Of a DNA stretch of 64,000 bases, positions 1 through 8,953 are shown in pieces (position 1 is the stretch's first letter; every line of letters starts with the position of its first letter). A program made the translations under genes and the position numbers. Under the pieces are notes generated by a model, which worked only from the letters and a program-made list of their open reading frames with translations, made no database searches and was not told the origin of the DNA. This DNA comes from an uncultured Clostridia bacterium (lineage in GTDB: Bacteria; Bacillota; Clostridia; Lachnospirales; CAMVHY01): positions 27,651 to 91,650 of the forward strand of contig CAMTJU010000002.1 in NCBI GenBank assembly GCA_947073045.1. The letters are read 5' to 3'.

Positions 1-110
1 TTATGCAAAATATATACAAAAAGATTTTACACAAAGATATGTCAAATCACCAAAATAAGTCATATTACACAAGCAATGATTAAAATTATTCTTTGCTCAA
101 AATTATATTA

Positions 111-137
111 AAAAAGCACTCAAGTTTGAGTGTTTTT
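111..137 (-). terminator. Rho-independent terminator of the solute-binding protein gene
   Basis: Stem CACTCA/TGAGTG with 4-nt loop; on the minus strand it is followed by a T-run, just downstream of the stop at 156. Confidence 0.6.
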
Positions 138-155
138 CTGACTTGCTTTTTTGAA

Positions 156-1595
156 TTATCTTGCAAAAAAGTTTGAAATAAAATTTTCAAACTGAATATT
201 TTTATTAGCCAAAAATATCGTATTTTTCCGTCCTAAAATTATTATTTGTGAATCATTTAGTGAAGATTGCAGATTTTCTATGGCTTTATCAAACTCAACT
301 TTGTTTTTGGCTAATTTAACATGCATCCATTTTTCGGTCATATCCTGATTTTTATATCCCAAAATATTTTCTTCTCCAAAAATGTTTTCGTAATCGAATT
401 TTTTTCCCGGAACAAATCCGCCAATAAAAATATCAAAGTTTTTGTTTTGAAATGCACTCTTGTATTCATCAAAATTTTTTTTCTCAATTATTGAGTCAAT
501 ACCGTAATCAGATAATGTTTTTTTTATTAGTGAAGCTGCTTTTACACGCTGGCTATTTTGAGAATCTACAAGTATTTTCAATTTGTAATCTGGTTTGTAT
601 TCATCAATTATTTGTTTTGCATGCTCAAGATTGGTTTGGTCAATTACTATATCAAAAATTGATTGACTTAAATTATCAGAGTATATTTGATTTCTAATTT
701 CTTCAATAGGCAAAATATTTATCAGTGAGTCGTGAAGTGGCTTAATATTAAATAAATTATTTGTAGGATTGAGAAAAATAAATTCTAATTCATCTGTGGG
801 ATATAAAATTTTATTTGTGTACTTCTGAAATTTTCCGATTTCTTCTAAGTCAGTTTGTATTATATTGCTTATTTTCTGATTGAATGCATCAATATTTGTT
901 TCGTTATCAGGAACAATTGTTACGTTTATGTTTTTAAATTCTGCCGGCTGTGCAAAATATTTATCGTTTTTTTCTAATACTAAATTTTTCATTTGCGAGT
1001 ATGCAGAAAATTTATATGCGCCACTTCCCATAAGTACTGATGCATTTTCTGTTTCATTTGCAAAATATTTTTTTGGAATTATTGGAAAATCTAACAGAAA
1101 AATTGAAATGTATGCACCATTTTTAAATTTAATGTCTAAATCATATGCAGAATTTTTTTTGCATGAAACAACATCGTCTGAAACATATTTATAAATTGAA
1201 TTTTCAGACGATGTTTTTATTTGCTCAATAGAAAATATAATATCGTCGGCCGTCAAATTATCTCCATTAGCCCACAAAATATTATTATTTAATTTTATAT
1301 TGGCCGTGCAATCTTCATCAAATGTAATTTCTTGAGCTAAATTGTTTTCAACACAATTGTCAGATTTAATTTTTACTATTGGCTCGAAAACTAATCTTAG
1401 AATTTCGTCTACCGTTACATCTTCATTTTTTAATGGATTAAAAGTTTTCGGTACATTCATCGATAAATTTAAAGTATCAATTGATACATCTGTTTCTACT
1501 TTTTGCTCTAGATCATTATTTTGAACTGGATTATTATTATTTGTACAGCCTGTCAAAATGAAAATTATAAGCGCAAAAAAAAATTCCTTTCTCAT
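156..1595 (-). CDS. Lipoprotein, family-5 (OppA/DppA-like) ABC solute-binding protein, orphan
   Basis: Track ORF 156..1607. Lipoprotein signal with lipobox (IIFILTGC). Body resembles SBP_bac_5 proteins (FNPL..., ILWANGDNLTADDIIFS). Start moved to ATG 1595, 7 nt after AAGGTGA; the track start lies inside that SD. No permease or ATPase genes adjacent. Confidence 0.6.
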   Translation of the reverse strand: MRKEFFFALIIFILTGCTNNNNPVQNNDLEQKVETDVSIDTLNLSMNVPKTFNPLKNEDVTVDEILRLVFEPIVKIKSDNCVENNLAQEITFDEDCTANIKLNNNILWANGDNLTADDIIFSIEQIKTSSENSIYKYVSDDVVSCKKNSAYDLDIKFKNGAYISIFLLDFPIIPKKYFANETENASVLMGSGAYKFSAYSQMKNLVLEKNDKYFAQPAEFKNINVTIVPDNETNIDAFNQKISNIIQTDLEEIGKFQKYTNKILYPTDELEFIFLNPTNNLFNIKPLHDSLINILPIEEIRNQIYSDNLSQSIFDIVIDQTNLEHAKQIIDEYKPDYKLKILVDSQNSQRVKAASLIKKTLSDYGIDSIIEKKNFDEYKSAFQNKNFDIFIGGFVPGKKFDYENIFGEENILGYKNQDMTEKWMHVKLAKNKVEFDKAIENLQSSLNDSQIIILGRKNTIFLANKNIQFENFISNFFAR

Positions 1596-1610
1596 TATTT
1601 CATTCACCTT

Positions 1611-2192
1611 TTATAAATTTATAAAATTCATTGTGCTAATCAAAAATTTATATACTTTTTGATTGCGTTTGACTCGCCTTAAATAATTTTGTGTTTCCTT
1701 AAACGGTATATAAAATAATGTTTTGCCATCATGAGAATAATTATTATTAGCAAGCCATTTTGTAATATTTCCACTGCCTGCATTATAGGCACATATTGCA
1801 CAATCTAAATTTCCAAACTGTTTCTGCAATTTATTTATATACCAACAACCAATTTGTATATTAATATCCGGCTCAAATATTTTTTCGTATTTATAATCCA
1901 AAATATTTATTTCTTGCGCTGCCCAATCAGCTGTTTGTTGTCTAATTTGCATAAGGCCTCTAGCATCTTTGTTAGAAACTGCATTAACTTTAAATTTGCT
2001 TTCAGTATGTATAATTGAGCAAATAAGTGCTGGATCAAGTTCATATTTTTGTGCATACTTTTTTATCAAATCGAAATGCTCAAGCGGAAACATAAAATTT
2101 ACAGCAAAAAAACATGTTGCCAAAAAAACAACAAGAAAAATTATAAATGACAAATTTTTTTTATGGCGCCTGAAATTTATTGCATAAAACAT
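1611..2192 (-). CDS. Membrane-anchored lytic transglycosylase (SLT domain)
   Basis: N-terminal TM helix, then SLT signature IIHTESKF ... ARGLMQI ... AYNAGSGN. Confidence 0.8.
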   Translation of the reverse strand: MFYAINFRRHKKNLSFIIFLVVFLATCFFAVNFMFPLEHFDLIKKYAQKYELDPALICSIIHTESKFKVNAVSNKDARGLMQIRQQTADWAAQEINILDYKYEKIFEPDINIQIGCWYINKLQKQFGNLDCAICAYNAGSGNITKWLANNNYSHDGKTLFYIPFKETQNYLRRVKRNQKVYKFLISTMNFINL

Positions 2193-2202
2193 TTTCTAAT
2201 CC

Positions 2203-2808
2203 CTATCCAATATTTTTTTTAACTTGCTCTTCCAACTGCTCATATGTTCCATTATTAATTATAATAACGTCAGCAAATTTTTTTGCCTCTTCAAACGGCA
2301 TTTGATTTTTTAAACGTGCAATTATTTGATTTTCAGAAAGCTTATCACGTTCAATTAATCTTTTTATTTTTAGTTTTTCGTCTGCGTGTACAAGCCATAC
2401 TTGATCTGACATCTCATTTAATTTTGTTTCAATCAAGAGTGCTGCATCAATAACTATAAATTTATACTCGTCTTTTTTGAAGTATAAAAGCTTTATTTCA
2501 TTTATAATGCTCTTAATAATATAAGAATGAGTAATTGAATTAAGTATAACAAGTTTTTTTTCGTCATTAAAAACAATATTACCCAGTTTTTTTCTGTCAA
2601 TCTCTAAGCTATCTTCTTTTAATATGTCAGTTCCAAAAGTTTTTACAATTTCAACATAAGCATCTGACATAATAATTTTGTGTGCAATTTCATCTGCCAT
2701 TATTAAATAAGCACCAAGTGACTTTAAAAGATTAGAAACAGTTGATTTGCCACTACCACTGTTTCCAGTAACTCCGATAATTTTTATTTCATTAGGAATA
2801 ACAATCAC
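2203..2808 (-). CDS. coaE: Dephospho-CoA kinase
   Basis: P-loop IGVTGNSGSGKST near the N-terminus; ~200 aa, typical CoaE size and layout. Confidence 0.85.
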   Translation of the reverse strand: MIVIPNEIKIIGVTGNSGSGKSTVSNLLKSLGAYLIMADEIAHKIIMSDAYVEIVKTFGTDILKEDSLEIDRKKLGNIVFNDEKKLVILNSITHSYIIKSIINEIKLLYFKKDEYKFIVIDAALLIETKLNEMSDQVWLVHADEKLKIKRLIERDKLSENQIIARLKNQMPFEEAKKFADVIIINNGTYEQLEEQVKKNIG

Positions 2809-3370
2809 ACCCTTTTAAATTATCAATGTGTAATTTAATAATGTCAAGAGCTTTTCTGCGATGACTAATTTTATTTTTTAATTGACTGCTCATTTGCGCC
2901 AATGTCATTTTGTATTGTGGAACATAAAAGATTGGGTCATACCCAAATCCATTTTCACCATAAATTTTATCAGCAATAACGCCATTAAGATGCGCAAGTT
3001 CAACTATATTTTTAGAATTTGGAATGCACAAAGCAATAGCCGTAGAAAATCTTGCAGTTCTGTCGCTCGCATCTTTCATCATTTCTAATATCTTCTCACA
3101 TTTTTCATGATAAGATTTATTTTCCAAAAATCTTGCCGAATATAAACCAGGTGCCCCATTTAAAAATTTTATTTCCAAACCAGAATCATCAGCTATTGTG
3201 ATACAATTATTTTTTTTCATAACAGCCAAGGCTTTTTTCAAAGCATTTTCCTGAAAAGTTTTACCGTCTTCTTGTACATCAGAACTTTCACCGATAATTT
3301 CATAACCTTTAAAAATTTCTTTAACTTCTTGCAATTTATGTTCATTACTGCTAGCAAAAATTATTTTCAT
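2792..3370 (-). CDS. rdgB: dITP/XTP pyrophosphatase (Ham1/RdgB family)
   Basis: MKIIFASSNEHKLQEV start, GFGYDPIF and SHRRKAL motifs; overlaps coaE by 17 nt (operon). Confidence 0.85.
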   Translation of the reverse strand: MKIIFASSNEHKLQEVKEIFKGYEIIGESSDVQEDGKTFQENALKKALAVMKKNNCITIADDSGLEIKFLNGAPGLYSARFLENKSYHEKCEKILEMMKDASDRTARFSTAIALCIPNSKNIVELAHLNGVIADKIYGENGFGYDPIFYVPQYKMTLAQMSSQLKNKISHRRKALDIIKLHIDNLKGCDCYS

Positions 3371-3543
3371 ATCAAAAACCCTTTTTAATTTTTTTATTCA
3401 CTCATGTAATTATAACTAATAAAGTTAATGATTTCCATTTTATTTTTGAAAAAGCTTAGCTATTTTTAATTTGCCATTGAAATTTTGATTTAAGTGCGCA
3501 AATATGTTATTATTTTATAAAAATTATTTTTAAGGAGATTATT

Positions 3544-4530
3544 ATGTTTAGTACCGATATAGGAATTGATTTAGGAACAGCAAGTGTTTTAGTTTATATG
3601 AAAGGACAGGGGATAATTTTACAAGAGCCATCTGTTGTTGCCATCGACAATAATACAAAAACAATTATGGCTGTTGGGGATGAAGCAAAATCTATGCTCG
3701 GCCGAACCCCTGGTAATATTATTGCAGTACGGCCACTACGTGAAGGCGTTATTTCTGATTACGACGTGACTGAAAAAATGCTTAAATATTTTATTAAAAA
3801 AGCGGTTGGCAAATCTCTATTTTTCAAACCTAGAATTTCTGTATGTGTTCCAAGCAAAGTAACTGAAGTTGAAAGACGCGCTGTTGAAGATGCAACTCGT
3901 CAAGCTGGTGCGAGACAAGTTTATGTTATTGAAGAACCTATTGCGGCTGCAATTGGCGCTAATATCGATATTTCTCGTGCGTGCGGAAGTATGATTGTTG
4001 ATATTGGCGGTGGAACTACAGATGTTGCTGTAATTTCTTTGGGTGGCGCAGTTGTTAGTACATCTATCAAAGTTGCTGGAGATAATTTTGATGAAGCTAT
4101 TATTCGTTATATGAGAAAACAACACAATTTATTAATTGGCGAAAGAACTGCCGAAAGTTTGAAAATAAATATAGGTACAGCTTTTGAGAGACCTGAAGTT
4201 GTATCAATGGACGTACGCGGTCGAAACCTTGTTACTGGCTTGCCTAAAACAGTTAAAGTAACATCCGACGAAATGCTTTTTGCATTGAACGAAGCTGTTA
4301 CCAATATTGTTGAGGCAGTACGCTATGTTTTGGAAAAAACACCGCCCGAACTTTCTTCTGACATTTCTGATCGCGGTATTGTTATGACCGGTGGCGGAAG
4401 TTTGTTGTACGGCCTAGATAAATTAATTGCAAATCGCACCGGTATTGAAACAATAATAGCAGAAGATGCTGTATCATGTGTAGCAATTGGAACTGGAAAA
4501 TATATTGAATTTATTTCGTCACATAAATAA
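3544..4530 (+). CDS. mreB: Rod-shape-determining actin homologue MreB/Mbl
   Basis: IGIDLGTA, DIGGGTTD and VMTGGGS actin-fold ATPase motifs; AAGGAG SD 7 nt upstream. Confidence 0.9.
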   Translation: MFSTDIGIDLGTASVLVYMKGQGIILQEPSVVAIDNNTKTIMAVGDEAKSMLGRTPGNIIAVRPLREGVISDYDVTEKMLKYFIKKAVGKSLFFKPRISVCVPSKVTEVERRAVEDATRQAGARQVYVIEEPIAAAIGANIDISRACGSMIVDIGGGTTDVAVISLGGAVVSTSIKVAGDNFDEAIIRYMRKQHNLLIGERTAESLKINIGTAFERPEVVSMDVRGRNLVTGLPKTVKVTSDEMLFALNEAVTNIVEAVRYVLEKTPPELSSDISDRGIVMTGGGSLLYGLDKLIANRTGIETIIAEDAVSCVAIGTGKYIEFISSHK

Positions 4531-4559
4531 TTTTTTAATTTATCAAAAACATGTCAAAC

Positions 4560-4661
4560 AAAAAATCTCAAGGATAATAATCTGAACAGCACCCTATTTG
4601 TTAGACAGTATATTATACTGAAAAACAAATGGGGTTCTTTTCATAACTTGAGATTTTTTTT
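4560..4661 (+). terminator. Extended three-tier hairpin plus T-run downstream of mreB
   Basis: Outer stem ATCTCAAG (4565-4572)/CTTGAGAT (4647-4654) followed by T8. Inner stem ACCCTATTTGTT (4591-4602)/AACAAATGGGGT (4624-4635), one G-U on the plus-strand RNA. Apical stem CAGTATA (4606-4612)/TATACTG (4614-4620). Confidence 0.55.
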
Positions 4662-4700
4662 AAATTCTTTTGCTTATTTTTTTTAAGAAGTGAAAAAAAA

Positions 4701-6407
4701 TTATTTTATATCCAAAATATTTTCGCTTAAAGCCTGCAAATAATCTTTTATTTCGGACTTGCTTTTCATTTTCAAAACATTCGCAATGATATTATCTAAC
4801 TTAGATAAATCGATTTGGCTAATTAATTTTTTCACAGGCAAAATTTGCGATGGGAGCATACTCAAAGTTTTCAGTTGAGCAGATAAAAACAAAGGAATCA
4901 ATAATGGATGAGTTGCTGCCTCTCCACAAATACTTATATCTATGTTGTTATTTCTTGCTGCATTTATTGTATCTATTATGTTTTTTATTACTGCCGGCTG
5001 AAATGGCGAATACAAGTAAGAAACTTTGGGATTATCACGAGCTGCCGACATTGTGTATTGTATTAAATCATTTGTGCCAAGACTGAAAAAATCACATTCT
5101 TTAGCCAAATCATTTGCAATTAATACAGCTGATGGCGTTTCAATCATTATACCAATTTGAATTTGCTTATCGAACGAAATTTTTTCTTCTTCCAATTCAG
5201 TTTTTACAGCTGAAATTATTTTTTTGGATTCAATCAATTCTTCGAAGACCGATATCATTGGTATCATCAATTTTATTTTTCCAAAGGCACTTGCTCGCAA
5301 GATAGCTCTTATTTGCGTGCGGAAAATATTTTCATTATCAAGACAAAATCTTATAGCTCTGTGTCCCAAAAATGAATTATCTTCACGCTTTATGTTTAAG
5401 CTTGAGATACGCTTATCCCCACCAATATCAAGAGTGCGGATTGTTATGTATTTGCCTTTTAATTTTTGCGCAGCCGCTTTGTATATCTCAAATTGTTCCT
5501 GCTCGCTTGGCAAATTGCTTCGTTCAATAAATAAAAATTCACTGCGAAATAATCCCACAGCATCTATTCCTTTTTCGAGTGCCGTATCAATTTCATTTAA
5601 ATTATTTATATTCGCGCAAAGACAAACTTTTTGATTATCGCAAGTCACCGTAATTTTATCTTTAAATTCCTCAAGCAAGCTCTTTTCATTTTTAATATTC
5701 AATAATAATTTTTGTGTTTGATTTAAAATTTCGCTGGGTGGATTTACAAAAATTTTATTTTCATTTGCATTTAATATTAATTCATCACCACTTGCAATTT
5801 CTTTTGTAGCACTATTAACGCTGAAAATAGCCGGTATTTCCATTGCTCTTGCAATTATTGCAGCATGCGAATTAAAATTACCAGTTTGTGATATAAGACC
5901 TTTTATTTTGTTTTTGTCAATATTGAATAAATCTGATGGTGTAAATTCTTTTTTTACGATTATACAATCATTTTCTATGTCGCTTATTTTTTTTTGATTA
6001 ATGTTTTTGAGTAATTTTAAAAGCTGTTTTTTTATATCCATGAAATCAAAAATTCGTTGACTCATTGTTTCATCATTTAGTCTTTCAAAAACATCTATGT
6101 ATGAATTAAAAGTTTTATTGAGAGCGTATTCCGCAGTTATATTCCGCCTGGAAAGTTCGTGCTCAATTTCAGGTATCATTTCACGTGCAATTTGTATATG
6201 AATTTCTAAAATCTCGCTCTCTTCAAATTTATTTTTGCTTATTAAATCAAGCATGTTTTTCTCAAATTTATCGATTGCGTCTAAAAGTCGTTGTCTTTCC
6301 TGTATTTCATCTAGTTTTGAATATTTATCAAAGCGAATTTTTTCGTGTTTGACTACGTAAGCTTTTGCAATTGCAACACCATCTGAAACTTTTGTACCTG
6401 TCAGCAT
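4701..6407 (-). CDS. ptsI: Phosphoenolpyruvate-protein phosphotransferase (PTS enzyme I)
   Basis: Full-length EI layout with SHAAIIARA (phosphohistidine region), DIGGDK, MIETPSA and LGTNDLIQY motifs. Track start is a GTG inside GGGTGA; ATG at 6407 gives MLTGTKVSDGVAIAKAYV. No ptsH adjacent. Confidence 0.9.
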   Translation of the reverse strand: MLTGTKVSDGVAIAKAYVVKHEKIRFDKYSKLDEIQERQRLLDAIDKFEKNMLDLISKNKFEESEILEIHIQIAREMIPEIEHELSRRNITAEYALNKTFNSYIDVFERLNDETMSQRIFDFMDIKKQLLKLLKNINQKKISDIENDCIIVKKEFTPSDLFNIDKNKIKGLISQTGNFNSHAAIIARAMEIPAIFSVNSATKEIASGDELILNANENKIFVNPPSEILNQTQKLLLNIKNEKSLLEEFKDKITVTCDNQKVCLCANINNLNEIDTALEKGIDAVGLFRSEFLFIERSNLPSEQEQFEIYKAAAQKLKGKYITIRTLDIGGDKRISSLNIKREDNSFLGHRAIRFCLDNENIFRTQIRAILRASAFGKIKLMIPMISVFEELIESKKIISAVKTELEEEKISFDKQIQIGIMIETPSAVLIANDLAKECDFFSLGTNDLIQYTMSAARDNPKVSYLYSPFQPAVIKNIIDTINAARNNNIDISICGEAATHPLLIPLFLSAQLKTLSMLPSQILPVKKLISQIDLSKLDNIIANVLKMKSKSEIKDYLQALSENILDIK

Positions 6408-6499
6408 CTTTTTCACCCAAACTTTTTATTTGTTTTTTTATATAATAATTAAAATGCTAGCATAATTGCGAGCAAAATTCAATTTGAGTTGGTGTAATT

Positions 6500-6955
6500 A
6501 TGATTTTTATGCAACAAGCTTTAGTTAATGCAAAAAAAGCTTTTGATATTGGCGAAGTTCCTATAGGTTGTGTAATTGTCCGTGATGAAAAAATAATTGC
6601 TCAGGCTTTTAACATGCGCAATATTCAAAATAATGTCTTGTATCATGCAGAAATTTTGGCAATAAATCAAGCATGCCAAAAATTAAAAAGCTGGCGCCTT
6701 GAAAATTGTATTTTATATGTAACGGTTGAGCCGTGTGCAATGTGTGCGGGTGCAATTTTACAATCGCGCATTCCTAAAATTGTTTTTGGCTGCGAAAATA
6801 AAAAAGCTGGCTGCGCCGGCTCTGTTTTAAATATATTGAATGAGAAAAAGTTTAATCATCAAACTCAAATCATTTCAGGTATAATGAAAGATGAGTGTTC
6901 AAAAATTATGAGCGAATTTTTTAAAAGTCTTCGTAATCATAAAAATCAGGAGTGA
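6500..6955 (+). CDS. tadA: tRNA-specific adenosine deaminase
   Basis: Zinc-binding deaminase motifs HAE and PCAMC; ~150 aa. Confidence 0.9.
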   Translation: MIFMQQALVNAKKAFDIGEVPIGCVIVRDEKIIAQAFNMRNIQNNVLYHAEILAINQACQKLKSWRLENCILYVTVEPCAMCAGAILQSRIPKIVFGCENKKAGCAGSVLNILNEKKFNHQTQIISGIMKDECSKIMSEFFKSLRNHKNQE

Positions 6956-6961
6956 TTTGAA

Positions 6962-7708
6962 ATGCAATTAATAATAAATGGATGCAATGGGAAAATGGGA
7001 CAAGTTCTAAGTCAAATTGCGAGCTTGAAAAATAAAATTGTGTGTGGAATTTCACAAGAAATAGATAATACAAAACAGTTTCCAGTTTATGACGATATTT
7101 TTAAATTTAATGGCGATGCAGACGTATTGATTGATTTTTCAATTGCAACTGCCGTTCCAAAAATAATTGATTATTGCACACAAAAAAAAATTCCTGCCGT
7201 GATATGTACTACAGGAATTGATAACACAACTCAAAAAAAGATTGAATATAGCGCAAAAATCATCCCGATTATGCAATCTGCTAATATGTCTATCGGAATA
7301 AATATTGTAAATTTGATTTTAGAGCGCATTTCAAAAGTGTTGTTCGATATGAATTTTGATATTGAAATTTTGGAAAAACACCACAATAAAAAAATTGATT
7401 CACCAAGTGGAACAGCATTGCTTTTAGCAGACACAATAAATAAATCGTTAGAAAATAAGCTTGAATATTCATTTGACAGAAATCATCAGCGCCAAAAAAA
7501 TGAATTAGGAATATCCTGCATAAGAGGCGGAACAATTGTTGGTGAGCATTCAATAATTTTTGCCGGTTCTAACGAAAATATTGAGATAAAACATACAGCA
7601 TACTCGCGCGAAATTTTTGCAATAGGAGCATTAAAAGCAGCAGAATTTATCATAAATAAGTCAAATGGTTTATATTCAATGAAAGATTTGTTCGGTGATA
7701 TTTTATAA
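6962..7708 (+). CDS. dapB: 4-hydroxy-tetrahydrodipicolinate reductase
   Basis: EILEKHHNKKIDSPSGTA signature (E-x-HH-x-K-x-D-x-PSGTA) and an N-terminal nucleotide-binding fold; AGGAGTGA SD. Confidence 0.85.
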   Translation: MQLIINGCNGKMGQVLSQIASLKNKIVCGISQEIDNTKQFPVYDDIFKFNGDADVLIDFSIATAVPKIIDYCTQKKIPAVICTTGIDNTTQKKIEYSAKIIPIMQSANMSIGINIVNLILERISKVLFDMNFDIEILEKHHNKKIDSPSGTALLLADTINKSLENKLEYSFDRNHQRQKNELGISCIRGGTIVGEHSIIFAGSNENIEIKHTAYSREIFAIGALKAAEFIINKSNGLYSMKDLFGDIL

Positions 7709-7741
7709 AAATAAAATCAAAAAGCAATATTAAACTTAAAC

Positions 7742-7768
7742 AAAAATCAGGCAATGCCTGATTTTTTT
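7742..7768 (+). terminator. Rho-independent terminator of dapB
   Basis: AATCAGGC-AAT-GCCTGATT stem-loop followed by a T-run. Confidence 0.75.
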
Positions 7769-7813
7769 ATTTGCTTTCTTTATATAAATCGGTTCTAAAG
7801 GAAATTTTTATGA

Positions 7814-7841
7814 CTACTTTTCTTTTTTTAAGAAAAGTAAG
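7814..7841. repeat. Hairpin repeat family member (CT-ACTTTTCTT..AAGAAAAGTAAG)
   Basis: Imperfect palindrome ending in AAGAAAAGTAAG, next to the stop of the minus-strand gene at 7850. Same arm sequence as the copies at 25791, 46516 and 63579. Confidence 0.5.
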
Positions 7842-7849
7842 TTTGTTTT

Positions 7850-8221
7850 TTATTTCGTAATTTCGTAGCTTGTGTTGATTAAATTAATTATCTCGCTTTT
7901 TTTAACTGAGTCATCGAGTATAATCGAAATCCATTTTGATTTGTTCATGTGGTATGCAGGAAAAAATCCTTTTGTTCCAAGAAGCAAATTTAAAATTTCT
8001 GGTTCATATTCAACATCTAATTTCACATTCAACACATCAATGATTTTTGTATCGTCTAATCCCAATTTACTTGCCGGTATATCCATGACTATTGCATACC
8101 ATTTTTTATTTTCTTTGTGCTTTAAAATAAAATAATTTGGTGATTTTGCCCAAAGATATTCTGGTTCTGAACAAAAATTTTTGCGCGCGTATTCAATTAT
8201 TTTATTTCGATTAAAAATCAT
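7850..8221 (-). CDS. MmcQ/YjbR-family protein
   Basis: ~120 aa with the typical pattern PEYLWAKSPNYFILKHKENKKWYAIVMDI ... FFPAYHMNKSKWISI. Confidence 0.6.
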   Translation of the reverse strand: MIFNRNKIIEYARKNFCSEPEYLWAKSPNYFILKHKENKKWYAIVMDIPASKLGLDDTKIIDVLNVKLDVEYEPEILNLLLGTKGFFPAYHMNKSKWISIILDDSVKKSEIINLINTSYEITK

Positions 8222-8251
8222 ATTGCATACCTTCTTCTTGATTAAAGTTTT

Positions 8252-8887
8252 TCAAAAAATTCTTATCAGTGCTATAAAAATTATTATTAATCCTGATATG
8301 AAAACAAATTTGTTATTATCAAGTTTTATTTTGGAAATTTTGCTGCCACAAAAAATTCCGAATGTGAAAAAAATATATTGGCATATTGCCGTAGCTAGTG
8401 GCAAAAACAAATTATTAAATCCGAGAATTGACAAACCTATTCCTGAACCTATTGAATCAATTGATAATGCAAGACCAATGCAAAATGCTTCTGGCAATTC
8501 AATTTTCTTTGAACCGTTTATATCTGCAATTTGTGGCTCGTGTATAATTTTTATTGTCAGATTTAACGATTTAATTATTATTTCATACACGGATGATTTT
8601 TTTTCTATTGTATCAATGTTTTCATCAATCGGCTTTTTGCTTTGCAATATAAGATATGTCCCCATGCATAACAAAATTGAAACACCGATTAAATTAGCAA
8701 ATGCAGGTGGTAAAATTTTTTGTATCTGTGAACCCAACATAAGTGATAAAAAAGTTATCAATGCCGACATTAGTGAAATAATAATTTTCGGCATGAATGA
8801 CACTAAAATTTTTCGCATTCCATACGTAATTCCAATGCCAAGTGCGTCAATACTCAATGAAATTGCAATTAAAATAATGGCTAACAT
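8252..8887 (-). CDS. DUF204 membrane protein (YtaF / MntP family)
   Basis: Polytopic, with two SIDALGIG / SIDSIGSG half-repeats typical of YtaF/MntP. Start moved to ATG 8887, 7 nt after GGAGGG; the track start reads the SD as codons. Confidence 0.6.
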   Translation of the reverse strand: MLAIILIAISLSIDALGIGITYGMRKILVSFMPKIIISLMSALITFLSLMLGSQIQKILPPAFANLIGVSILLCMGTYLILQSKKPIDENIDTIEKKSSVYEIIIKSLNLTIKIIHEPQIADINGSKKIELPEAFCIGLALSIDSIGSGIGLSILGFNNLFLPLATAICQYIFFTFGIFCGSKISKIKLDNNKFVFISGLIIIFIALIRIF

Positions 8888-8953
8888 TTCCCAACCCTCC
8901 ATATTTAAAACTAATTTATAATATGGAATAAGCCTTCGAAATGTTAGCCATTG

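Noticed and set aside
1-110. Possible partial gene at the left edge of the window.
   Set aside because: The only ORF is a 20-codon one without an SD. The region looks like intergenic DNA ending in the terminator at 111-137.
8181-8921. Long antisense or alternative-frame ORFs in the track: 8181-8921 (+), 10008-10499 (+), 32633-33073 (-), 34461-34865 and 34869-35264 (+), 55546-55962 and 55691-56077 (-), 5224-5634 (+), 880-1194 (+), 11626-11940 (-), and similar.
   Set aside because: Each lies opposite or out of frame to a gene with clear family motifs. Their products are low-complexity with F/I/L/K/N-biased composition, typical of antisense reading of AT-rich genes, and they lack an SD.
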